DNA from: an uncultured Thermoleophilia bacterium
GTDB taxonomy: Bacteria > Actinomycetota > Thermoleophilia > UBA2241
Assembly: GCA_963832655.1 (NCBI GenBank)
Contig: CAWHUW010000006.1
Coordinates: forward strand, 252,403 to 316,402
Reading direction: 5' to 3'
Length of the DNA: 64,000 nucleotides
A program made the translations under genes and the position numbers. How positions within the stretch are numbered: the first letter of the stretch is position 1; each line of letters starts with the position of its first letter. Below are positions 10,212 through 18,419 of the stretch, piece after piece. The notes under the pieces were generated by a model, which had not been told where the DNA came from, searched no databases, and saw only the letters and a list, made by a program, of their open reading frames with translations.

Positions 10212-10865
10212 TCACCCCACCCCGAGGAGCCCCTTGGCCGTGGCGACGGCCTCGATCGCGTCCTCGGCGTAGCCGTCGGCGCCGATCTCGTCGGCCCAGG
10301 CGCGGGTCGTCGGGGCGCCGCCGATCATGACCTTGACGGAGTCCCTGCAGGCCGGCGGCCTTGAGGGCCTCGATCGTCTTCTGCTGGTTGGGCATCGTCG
10401 TCGTCAGCAGAGCGGAGAGGAGGAGCAGGTCGGGCGTGAGCTCCTTGCACCTTGCTCGACGAAGGTCTCGACGGGGACGTCGCAGCCCACGTCGGTGACC
10501 GTGAAGCCGGCGGCGCTGAGCATGCTGCAGACGATCGTCTTGCCGATCTCGTGGATGTCGCCGGCGACGGTGCCGGCGACGGCGACGCCGAGCGCCCGGC
10601 TCGCCCCGCCGGCGGCGTCGATGGCGGGCTGCAGGACGGCCACGGCGGCCTTCATCGCCTCGGCGCCCTGGACGAGCTCGGGGAGGAAGAACTCGCCGCG
10701 GGCGAAGAGGTCGCCGACCTCCTCGATGCCCTTGACGAAGCCCTCGTCGAGGATGTCGACCGCGGCAAGGCCGGCGTCGAGGCCTTTCTGGGCGAGCTCG
10801 GCCGCGAGCTCGGCCTCGCCGTCGAGCACGGTCTGCTTCATCTGGGCGTAGAGATCCTCGGTCAC
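10212..10865 (-). CDS. corrinoid (cobalamin-binding) methyltransferase-partner protein, two 1-nt frame breaks (~10450 and ~10345)
   Basis: GTG at 10865 after AAGGAGG. ORF 10404..11024 carries FVKGIEEVGDLFARGEFFLPELV and the B12-binding motif GTVAGDIHEIGKTIV. It continues as KELTPDLLLLSALLTTTM (frame of ORF 10132..12084) and then DSVKVMIGGAPTTRAWADEIGADGYAEDA (hand translated). Confidence 0.8.
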
Positions 10866-11068
10866 CGCTTCCTCCTTGCGCGACTGTCGTCCGCAGCACG
10901 AGCTCTGACTGCCGGGCCGGCACGGCGTCGAGTGCGTCCGTCGGTCCCCCACGGCCCCGACTGGTGACGGCGTCGCCCGGTGCTGGCCACAGGCTACCCG
11001 AAGCGCGTCTGGGGTGGCAAGCACGCGGCCGGCGCGCCGACGGGGTCCCTGCGCCAGGGGCCGGCCCC

Positions 11069-11108
11069 GACAAGAAGGGCGGGGTCCCGCTGTCGCGGGA
11101 CCCCGCCC
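11069..11108 (-). terminator. rho-independent terminator after potC-like gene
   Basis: Perfect 14-bp hairpin GGGCGGGGTCCCGC/GCGGGACCCCGCCC at 11077..11108, followed on the minus strand by TTCTTG. Confidence 0.6.
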
Positions 11109-11138
11109 ACCCGGCCAGGGGACGGCTGGGGGTGGAGC

Positions 11139-12084
11139 TCAGAGGACCTCGGAGACCCTCGCCTTGAGCTCGAGGAACACGATGATGATCATGCTGAAGC
11201 CCATCATGAAGGTCGAGATCGCGTTGATCTCGGGCGTGATGCCCATGCGCACCATCGACCAGATCTTCACCGGCAGCGTGTTGTAGTCCTGGCCGATGAC
11301 GAAGAAGGTCGTCACGAAGTCGTCGAACGACAGGGTGAAGGCCAGCAGCGACGCCGCCAGGATGCCGGGGAAGATGACCGGCAGGGTGATCCTGAAGAAC
11401 ACCGACACCGGGTTGGCGCCGAGGTCGGCGCCCGCCTCCTCGATCGACCTGTCGAAGCCCAGCAACCGGGCCCTGACGATGACCACCACGAACGGGATGT
11501 TCCACGCGATGTGGGCGATCACCACCGTCCAGAAGCCCGGCAGGAAGATGTTGAAGAAGTCGAAGCCGACGTACTGGTCGAGGAAGTCGTTGAGGGTCGT
11601 GAAGAAGAGCAGCGTGGACACGCCGGCGACGATCTCGGCGATGATGATCTTGGTGTAGTTCAGCCCGTCCCACACGTTCTTCGTGCGGAAGTCGAAAACG
11701 GACCAGCGCGAAGGCGCCGAGGACGCCGATGGCCACCGACGCGATCGTCGAGAGGAGCGCGATCTCCATGCTCGTGACGAAGGCCGAGATGAGCGCCGGG
11801 TCGCGAATGACGCCGATCACTCGCGGGTCCTGGCCGGGTGCCCCCTGCTCGGCGATGTACCAGTCGAACGTGAACCCCTCCCAGGTGATGTTCAGGACCT
11901 GCTTGTTGAACGAGAAGACCACGAGCACCACGATGGGCAGGTAGAAGAAGACGTACACGAGGATCGCCCAGGTCGCGATGCCGATGTCGCTGTGGGCCAT
12001 GATGCGGTCCCACAGCGTGAGCCTGGCCTTCTTGCGGTGCGGCGCGCCGGCCGGCGCGCTCTGAAGGACGGTCGCGTCAGCCAT
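11139..12084 (-). CDS. potC: ABC transporter permease (PotC/spermidine-putrescine type), one frame break near 11690
   Basis: ORF 10132..12084 N-terminal part: WAILVYVFFYLPIVVLVVFSFN. ORF 11139..11675 holds IIAEIVAGV..EEAGADLGANPVSVFFRITLPVIFPGI (EAA-loop type). Confidence 0.75.
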
Positions 12085-12980
12085 CAGAAGTCCTCCGTCC
12101 CGACGGCCTTGATGTAGAGGACGATGATCCCCAGCATCACCAGCAGCAGCACGTTGGACAGGGCCGACCCCATGGGCCAGTTCCGTCCGGCCGTGAACGA
12201 CTCATAGATCAGCCACCCCCAGACGACCACCTTGCCCCCGCCGAGGATCGCCGGGACGACGAACTCGCCGGTCGTCGGCACGGCGGTGAGCATGCAGCCG
12301 GCGAAGATGCCGGGGAGGCTCAACGGCACGGTGACCTTCATGAGGGTCGTCCACTTGCCGGCGCCCAGGTCCTTCGACGCCTCGTAGAGCGACTTGTGGA
12401 TCTTCTCGATGCCCACGAACAGCGGCAGCACCATGAACGGCAGGTAGTCGTAGATCAGACCGATGTACACCGCCTTCTGCGTGTACATGAAGTTCAGGTT
12501 CCCGTCCAAGATACCCAGCGAGTTCAGCCATCCGTTGAGCAGGCCCCCGTTGCCGAGGATCGTGATCCACGCGTACGTGCGGATCAGGAAGCTGGTCCAG
12601 AACGGGAGCATGACGAGGAGCACGAAGAGGGTCTTGCGGCGACCGGACTTGACCGAGATGAAGTAGGCGAGAGGGTAGCCGATGATGAGACAACCCACGG
12701 TGTTGAGGATCACCATCTGGGCGGTCAGCAGGAACGCCTTGCGGTTGGCGGGCTCGCTGAAGATGCGCTGGTACCATTCGGTGTTGAATCCGAGACTCAC
12801 GCCGGTCTGGTAGACCGACTGGGAGCCGAAGCTGTACAGGACGATCAGGACCAGTGGGACGAGGAAGAAGGCGATCATCCAGAAGGCCATCGGCGAGACC
12901 AGCAGCGGCCCGGCCATGGCACGGGGGATGTACCGCCGGTGCTTGCCGGCGTCCTCGCGCACCGTTGCGACTTCAGTCAA
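12084..12980 (-). CDS. potB: ABC transporter permease (PotB type)
   Basis: ORF 12084..13160: LLVSPMAFWMIAFFLVPLVLIV..EASKDLGAGKWTTLMKVTVPLSLPGIF. TTG at 12980 lies 9 nt after GGAGG. The stop overlaps the potC ATG. No ATPase or binding-protein gene is adjacent. Confidence 0.75.
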   Translation of the reverse strand: MTEVATVREDAGKHRRYIPRAMAGPLLVSPMAFWMIAFFLVPLVLIVLYSFGSQSVYQTGVSLGFNTEWYQRIFSEPANRKAFLLTAQMVILNTVGCLIIGYPLAYFISVKSGRRKTLFVLLVMLPFWTSFLIRTYAWITILGNGGLLNGWLNSLGILDGNLNFMYTQKAVYIGLIYDYLPFMVLPLFVGIEKIHKSLYEASKDLGAGKWTTLMKVTVPLSLPGIFAGCMLTAVPTTGEFVVPAILGGGKVVVWGWLIYESFTAGRNWPMGSALSNVLLLVMLGIIVLYIKAVGTEDF

Positions 12981-13059
12981 TGTGGGAGACCTCCAGCGTC
13001 GCGTTCGACGGGAAACGACCGACTGTCGTGCGCGGGCCGGGCTCGGCGAAGGCGACGAC

Positions 13060-13200
13060 AGGAACGACGGAACGTGCGCTCGGAGAGCTGGTGCAGTCGG
13101 AGACGCCGTCGACGTCTCCCCGACGGCCGGCGCAGCTTCGGCGCGCCACCCCACACCCATGACGACACTGCATTGCTCCCCCTCTTCACGATGGCGGGGC
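13060..13200 (-). promoter_or_regulatory. candidate ydaO/c-di-AMP-riboswitch-like leader upstream of potB-like gene
   Basis: The minus strand reads CGCCATCGTGAAGAGGGGGAGCAA .. GGGGTGGCGCGCCGAAGC .. (hairpin GGAGACG/CGTCTCC) .. CCGACTGCACCAGCTCTCCGAGCGC. Order and wording resemble the GGGGA-CC / GGGGUG / CCGA..CAGCU..CC blocks of the ydaO motif as I remember it. Confidence 0.35.
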
Positions 13201-13611
13201 GCCCGAGCCGCCGTGCGGCGGGCCCGAACGTCCCACTCGTGCCGGCATCGGCGGACGGCGAGACACCCCCATACCGCATCCGGTGCCGAGATGAAGTTTG
13301 TCTAATTGTCGCCGCCGGTCGATGCAAGACGGCGCACAGTACCGCCGGGCACCGGCCGGGCGCGCTCACGAGGCAGCGGGCGCACCCGCCGCAGGTCCCG
13401 GAACGCCGCGCAAGGCGTCACATAACTCCTGCTCACAGCGTCCTTCTGGGGCCGCGGCCCCAGCGGCGCGGAGGACGCCGGCCGGGGCCGCGCACGCGCC
13501 TCCACCGCCGTCGCGCCGGTCACATATCTTAGAGCTCTTAACGAAACTGCGGCCGGGCGCCGGCGCCCGGCCGGCCGGACCGCGGGCGGCGCCGGCCGAC
13601 CCGGCACGGGG

Positions 13612-13639
13612 TTGCGCAGGCCCCGGCGTGGGATAGCAT
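13612..13639 (+). promoter_or_regulatory. possible sigma70-type promoter for the DUF47-PiT operon
   Basis: TTGCGC (13612..13617), 16-nt spacer, TAGCAT (13634..13639), about 40 nt upstream of the GTG at 13678. Confidence 0.3.
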
Positions 13640-13677
13640 TACCCGCGGCATCGGGCCGGTAGGGAAAGGAGCCCGCC

Positions 13678-14295
13678 GTGAGACTCAGCCTCGTCCCGAA
13701 AGAGCAGCACTACTTCCGCCTGTTCTCGGACCTTGCGGCCAACCTCGACGAGGCGGCGCAGTTGCTGGTCAAGTTCATGGACCACTACGACGACGCCAAG
13801 TCGATCGGCGCCGCGATCCTCGAGCGCGAGCACGTCGGCGACAAGATCCTCCACGACATCGTCCAGCGCCTGAACAAGTCGTTCATCACCCCGATCGACC
13901 GCGAGGACATCTACGACCTCGTGGCGACCATGGACGAGGTCCTCGACAACATCGAGGAGGCGACCGACGCCATGGTGCTCTACAGGGTCGCCGCCCCGAC
14001 CGACTACGCCCGCCGCCAGGCGAAGGTCATCGCCGAGGCCGCCGCCGTGCTCCACCAGATCATCGACGACCTCGAGAAGCGCACCGACCTCATGGAACGC
14101 GTGATCAGCGTGAACAGCCTCGAGAACGAGGGCGACCGTATCGTCCGCGATGCCATCGCCGCGCTGTTCGACGACGACATGGACGCCAAGGACATCATCA
14201 AGTGGAAGGACATCTACGAGGTCCTCGAGTCGGCGATCGACGAGTGCGAGCACGTGGCCAACGTGATCGAGAGCATCGTGCTCAAGCACAAGTGA
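13678..14295 (+). CDS. DUF47 / PhoU-like phosphate transport regulator
   Basis: ORF 13678..14295. GTG after GGAAAGGAG. Sequence FRLFSDLAANL..EREHVGDKILHDIVQRLNKSFITPIDREDI..ENEGDRIVRDAI is typical of the partner of PiT transporters. Confidence 0.85.
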   Translation: MRLSLVPKEQHYFRLFSDLAANLDEAAQLLVKFMDHYDDAKSIGAAILEREHVGDKILHDIVQRLNKSFITPIDREDIYDLVATMDEVLDNIEEATDAMVLYRVAAPTDYARRQAKVIAEAAAVLHQIIDDLEKRTDLMERVISVNSLENEGDRIVRDAIAALFDDDMDAKDIIKWKDIYEVLESAIDECEHVANVIESIVLKHK

Positions 14296-14308
14296 CCTGA
14301 CGGCGCCG

Positions 14309-15292
14309 GTGTTTCTCCTCCTCACGATCATCGCGGTCGCGCTGGTCTTCGACTACACGAACGGCTTCCACGACACCGCCAACGCGATCGCCACGTCCGT
14401 GTCGACGCGCGCCCTTTCACCCCGCACCGCCGTGCTCATGGCGGCAGGCCTCAACCTCCTCGGCGCGCTGCTCTACACCGGCGTCGCGAAGACGGTCGGC
14501 GAAGGCCTCGTGGACACCGACCTCGTGACCCTGCCGCTCGTGCTGGCGGCGCTCATCGGCGCGGTGGTCTGGAACTTCACGACCTGGTACTTCGGCATCC
14601 CCTCGAGCTCGTCCCACGCGCTGTTCGGGGGGCTCATCGGCGCCATGATCGCCGCCGTCGGTGTCTCCGGCGTCGAATGGGGCGGCGTGGTCGACAAGGT
14701 CATCCTCCCCATGGTCGGCTCCCCGCTGCTCGGCTTCGTGTGCGCCTGGATCCTCATGACCTCGCTCACATGGCTCGTGCGCCGGTGGCCGCCGACGCCT
14801 GTCAACCGCTGGTTCCGCGGATTGCAGCCGGTCTCGGCCGGGTTCATGGCCTTCTCGCACGGTGGCAACGACGCCCAGAAGACCATGGGCATCATCACCC
14901 TGGCGCTCTACGCCAGCGGCGAGATCGAGACGTTCACGATCCCCACCTGGGTGAAGGTGGCCTGCGCCCTGGCCATGGCGGCGGGGACGTACTCCGGCGG
15001 CTGGCGCATCATCCACACCCTGGGTTCCAAGGTCATCAAGCTCGACCCCATCCACGGCTTCGCCGCCGAGACGAGTGCCGCCTCGGTGATCCAGCTCGCG
15101 ACGCATTTCGGCATCCCCGTGTCGACGACCCACACGATCACGGCGGCGATCATGGGCGTCGGCTCGACGCAGCGCCTCTCGGCCGTCCGCTGGGGGGTCG
15201 CCGGCAACATCGTCACCGCCTGGGTGCTCACGCTGCCTGCGGCCGGACTTCTCGCCGGCCTCGCCTACCTGGTGCTCGACCTGTTCATCTGA
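14309..15292 (+). CDS. pit: inorganic phosphate transporter (PiT family)
   Basis: ORF 14309..15292: FDYTNGFHDTANAIATSVSTRAL .. FSHGGNDAQKTMGII .. PVSTTHTITAAIMGVG. Confidence 0.9.
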   Translation: MFLLLTIIAVALVFDYTNGFHDTANAIATSVSTRALSPRTAVLMAAGLNLLGALLYTGVAKTVGEGLVDTDLVTLPLVLAALIGAVVWNFTTWYFGIPSSSSHALFGGLIGAMIAAVGVSGVEWGGVVDKVILPMVGSPLLGFVCAWILMTSLTWLVRRWPPTPVNRWFRGLQPVSAGFMAFSHGGNDAQKTMGIITLALYASGEIETFTIPTWVKVACALAMAAGTYSGGWRIIHTLGSKVIKLDPIHGFAAETSAASVIQLATHFGIPVSTTHTITAAIMGVGSTQRLSAVRWGVAGNIVTAWVLTLPAAGLLAGLAYLVLDLFI

Positions 15293-15369
15293 CGCAGAGC
15301 TGCTCGTCCCTCGCGCGCGGGCGGCGCCGCGACGCCGTCGCGAAGTCGATCGCCGGATCGCATGCGACG

Positions 15370-15397
15370 TTCACCTTCGTCGCTCGTGCGGTAGAAT
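15370..15397 (+). promoter_or_regulatory. possible sigma70-type promoter for radical SAM gene
   Basis: TTCACC (15370..15375), 16-nt spacer, TAGAAT (15392..15397), upstream of the ATG at 15472. Confidence 0.35.
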
Positions 15398-15471
15398 CAG
15401 CCAGCGACCGCGCCCCCACGCGCCGCCCGCTGCTTCTGTGTGGCCGGGCCCTTGGCGCTCGAAGGAGACTC

Positions 15472-16884
15472 ATGAAGATCCGCCTGATCGAACCCGAACC
15501 TCCCGGTATGCACGTCTATGCCAAGGTCATCCTGCCGCGCCTCGGCCTGCCGATCATCGCCGCGACCCTCAAGGAACACGGCCACGACGTGCTCATCTAC
15601 AGCCCGCAGATGGCGCCGATCGACTGGGACGACGTCAACGGCGCCGACCTCGTGGGTCTGTCGAGCACCACGTCGACGGTCCCGACGGCGTACCAGTTCG
15701 CCGACGACCTGCGTGAGCGCGGTGTCCCCGTCGTCATCGGCGGCTCGCACGTGACCTTCATGGCCGACGAGGCGCTCGAGCACGCCGACTACGTCGCCCG
15801 CGGCGAGGGCGGCGAGGAGCTCATGCTCGAGCTCATCGAGGTCCTCGAGGGCACCCGCGAGCCGGAGACGGTGGCGGGCCTCTCCTTCCTTCGCGAAGGC
15901 GAGGCCGTGCACAACGGGCTGCGCGAGCGCTGCGCCGACCTCGACACGCTGCCCTTCCCCGATCTCAAGGCTCTCGTCGGCAACGAGCGCCTCACCACGA
16001 TCCCGATCATGACCAGCTGGGGCTGCCCCTTCGCCTGCAACTTCTGCTCGGTGACCGCCATGTTCGGGCGCAAGTACCGCTTCCGCAGCGCCGAGAGCGT
16101 GATCGCCGAGCTCAAGGACAAGCGCCCGAGACGGATCTTCTTCTACGACGACAACATGGCCGCCGACCAGAAGCGCCTCAAGACGCTCCTTCGGATGATG
16201 ATCGACGAGGACCTCGTCATCCCGTGGTCGTCGCAGGTGCGCACGGACGTCACGCGCGACCCCGAGCTGCTCGAGCTCATGCGCCGCTCAGGCTGCGAGC
16301 TCGTCTACCTCGGTCTCGAGTCCGTCAGTCAGGCGACACTGGACGGGTTCCACAAGGCGCAGACCGTCGAGGACATCGAAGTGGCGATCAAGAAGCTGCA
16401 CGAGTACGGCATCCGCAGTCACGGCATGTTCGTGCTCGGCGCCGACACCGACACCGTGCAGACCGTGCGCGACACGGTCAAGTTCGCGATGAAGAACCAC
16501 ATCGACACCGTCATGCTCAACATCCTCACGCCGCTTCCCGGCACGCCCCAGTTCGAGGACCTGGAGGCCGCCGGCCGCATCTTCGAGAAGCGCTGGGAGC
16601 TCTACGACGCCCACCACGTCGTCTTCGAGCCCAAGCTCATGACGCCTTACGAGCTGCAGACCGAGGTCATGCGCGCGTACATACGCTTCTACTCGCTGCG
16701 CCAGTGGCTGGGCTACGTGTTCACCTTCCGGTTCACGAAGCAGCTGCTCTTCCACGGCTGGGGCATGGTGATCATCCGCAACTGGCGCCGCGACGAGCGC
16801 AACAAGGCGTTCATCAAGGCGCTCAAGCGGCTGCCGCGGCCGCGTCCGACGAGCCCCGCGCAGAGCGTCACGACGCGCCACTAG
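15472..16884 (+). CDS. B12-binding domain radical SAM protein (class B)
   Basis: In frame with ORF 14677..16884; ATG after GAAGGAG. N-terminal Rossmann-like B12-binding domain (LGLPIIAATLKEHGHDVLIY..DLVGLSSTT), radical SAM cluster motif SWGCPFACNFCS, and YLGLES. TAG stop. Confidence 0.85.
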   Translation: MKIRLIEPEPPGMHVYAKVILPRLGLPIIAATLKEHGHDVLIYSPQMAPIDWDDVNGADLVGLSSTTSTVPTAYQFADDLRERGVPVVIGGSHVTFMADEALEHADYVARGEGGEELMLELIEVLEGTREPETVAGLSFLREGEAVHNGLRERCADLDTLPFPDLKALVGNERLTTIPIMTSWGCPFACNFCSVTAMFGRKYRFRSAESVIAELKDKRPRRIFFYDDNMAADQKRLKTLLRMMIDEDLVIPWSSQVRTDVTRDPELLELMRRSGCELVYLGLESVSQATLDGFHKAQTVEDIEVAIKKLHEYGIRSHGMFVLGADTDTVQTVRDTVKFAMKNHIDTVMLNILTPLPGTPQFEDLEAAGRIFEKRWELYDAHHVVFEPKLMTPYELQTEVMRAYIRFYSLRQWLGYVFTFRFTKQLLFHGWGMVIIRNWRRDERNKAFIKALKRLPRPRPTSPAQSVTTRH

Positions 16885-17045
16885 CGCACCGCGCGAGTTG
16901 CCGCACGGGGCGCCCCGTGCTATGGTTCCGAACCGTTGTGTGACGGGTCGCGCCCAGTCGGCGCGACCCGCACGTGCGCCAACCGACCGCTCACCTCGAC
17001 GCGGGCGCGCAGGTACCGCCGCGACGCCCGAAGGGAGGCGATGCA

Positions 17046-18077
17046 GTGAACGGCACGAGACGGGCCATCGCCCCGTTCCTCCTTCTCGCCAGCATCCTCA
17101 TCCTCTTTCTCACGGCCGCCCCGGTCGCGGGCGCCACGCCGATCTCGGACAAGCAGGCTCGCGCGCGCGAGATCGCCGCCAAGCTCGAGGCGCTGTATCC
17201 CAAGGTCTCCCTTGCCGTCGAGCGCTACAACCAGGCCATGGACAGCCTCGCCACGGTGAGACAGCAGATCAGCGACAACCAGCGCATGCTCAAGGTCGCG
17301 GAGTACAACCTGGCCCTGGCGCGCAAGCAGCTCGAGACGCGCGCCGTCACCATGTACAAGACCCGCGACGTCGGGTTCGTCGACGTCCTCTTCGCCACCA
17401 ACAGCTTCGACGAGCTGGTGACCCAGCTCGACCTCATGGAGCGCCTGGGCCAGAGCGACGTCGACACGGTCAAGTCCATCGCCTCCTACAAGCGCGACGT
17501 CAACGACCGCCGCATCAAGCTCGAGGCCGACAAGAAGGCCGCGGTCGAGCTCGTCGCCGAGGCGAAGGCCGAGAAGGACGAGGTCCAGACCCTCGAGGCC
17601 AAGCTCGAGCGCATGGTGCGCGGCGTCAAGGCCGAGATCCGCCGCCTGCGCGAGGAGCAAGAACAACGAGACAAGCAGAACGCGGAGAACTCGTGGGGCG
17701 GCGGGTCCGTCCCGATCGTCGACCCCGGCGGCCCCGGCCACCCCGAGATCGTGGCCCTCGCCCAGCGCGAGCTCGGCGACCCGTACGTCTTCGCCGCCGC
17801 CGGACCGAGCGCGTTCGACTGCTCGGGGTTGACGATGTACTGCTACGCGCAGATCGGGATCTTCATGCCTCACGCCGCGACCGCCCAGCAGCAGATGAGC
17901 ACGCCGGTGCCCATCAACGCGCTGCTGCCCGGCGACCTCGTCTTCTTCGGCGGCCCCGGCGCCAGCTACCACGTCGGCATCTACGCCGGCGGCGGCTCCA
18001 TGATCCACGCCCCCCACACCGGCGACGTGGTCCGTTACGGCTCCATCAGCGGCGCCTGGATCGGCGGCCGCTTCTAG
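17046..18077 (+). CDS. secreted NlpC/P60 (C40) peptidoglycan endopeptidase with coiled-coil N-terminal region
   Basis: ORF 16974..18077. GTG at 17046 after GGGAGG. Signal/TM RRAIAPFLLLASILILFLTAAPVAG, long coiled-coil region, then catalytic GDPYVFAAAGPSAFDCSGLTMYCY..YHVGIYAGGGSMIHAPHTG. TAG stop. Confidence 0.85.
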   Translation: MNGTRRAIAPFLLLASILILFLTAAPVAGATPISDKQARAREIAAKLEALYPKVSLAVERYNQAMDSLATVRQQISDNQRMLKVAEYNLALARKQLETRAVTMYKTRDVGFVDVLFATNSFDELVTQLDLMERLGQSDVDTVKSIASYKRDVNDRRIKLEADKKAAVELVAEAKAEKDEVQTLEAKLERMVRGVKAEIRRLREEQEQRDKQNAENSWGGGSVPIVDPGGPGHPEIVALAQRELGDPYVFAAAGPSAFDCSGLTMYCYAQIGIFMPHAATAQQQMSTPVPINALLPGDLVFFGGPGASYHVGIYAGGGSMIHAPHTGDVVRYGSISGAWIGGRF

Positions 18078-18092
18078 CCCCGCGAAGCTCCG

Positions 18093-18137
18093 AAAGGCCG
18101 GGAGACCGCCGTCGCGGTCTCCCGGCCTTTCGTTTTG
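18093..18137 (+). terminator. rho-independent terminator
   Basis: 17-bp perfect stem AAAGGCCGGGAGACCGC/GCGGTCTCCCGGCCTTT (18093..18130), 4-nt loop, followed by CGTTTTG. Confidence 0.8.
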
Positions 18138-18419
18138 CCACGCGGGCCGCCGCCCGCGGCGCGAAGTAGACCGCCACCCGAGACTCGCGGCGCCGGCGCG
18201 CGACGTTGCTTGCCCGGGCAGCGCTTGTGCCGCCCAGCCCTTGCGCCCGGAGGCGTCATCGTTTATGCAAGACACCGACGCGGGCCACGGGCGGGACCGT
18301 GCGCCGGCGAGCGAGCGTCCAGACAGCAGCGACTCCCGAGTGACGCGCAGGGGTAAGGCTTTTGCGCCTCGCGTCGAATAGAGGGTTGAAGAACTGTCGT
18401 CGAGCCACGGGGTTGTGAC

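Noticed and set aside
10866-11068. Searched the leaders of both corrinoid protein genes (10866..11068 and 36770..36917) and the potB leader for a cobalamin riboswitch.
   Set aside because: I found no GCCACTG B12 box and no GGGAA..GGTG..CCC core in the expected arrangement.
13523-13548. TTAGAGCTCTTAA segment, examined as a possible CUA or UUA anticodon loop of a suppressor tRNA near the transporter leader.
   Set aside because: It is just an AGAGCTCT palindrome. No acceptor, D or T arms can be drawn around it on either strand. The real CUA tRNA is at 41529..41601.
16915-16940. GGTTCCGAACC, resembling a tRNA T-arm.
   Set aside because: It is a self-complementary 11-mer. No flanking acceptor or anticodon arms exist, so no tRNA fold is possible.
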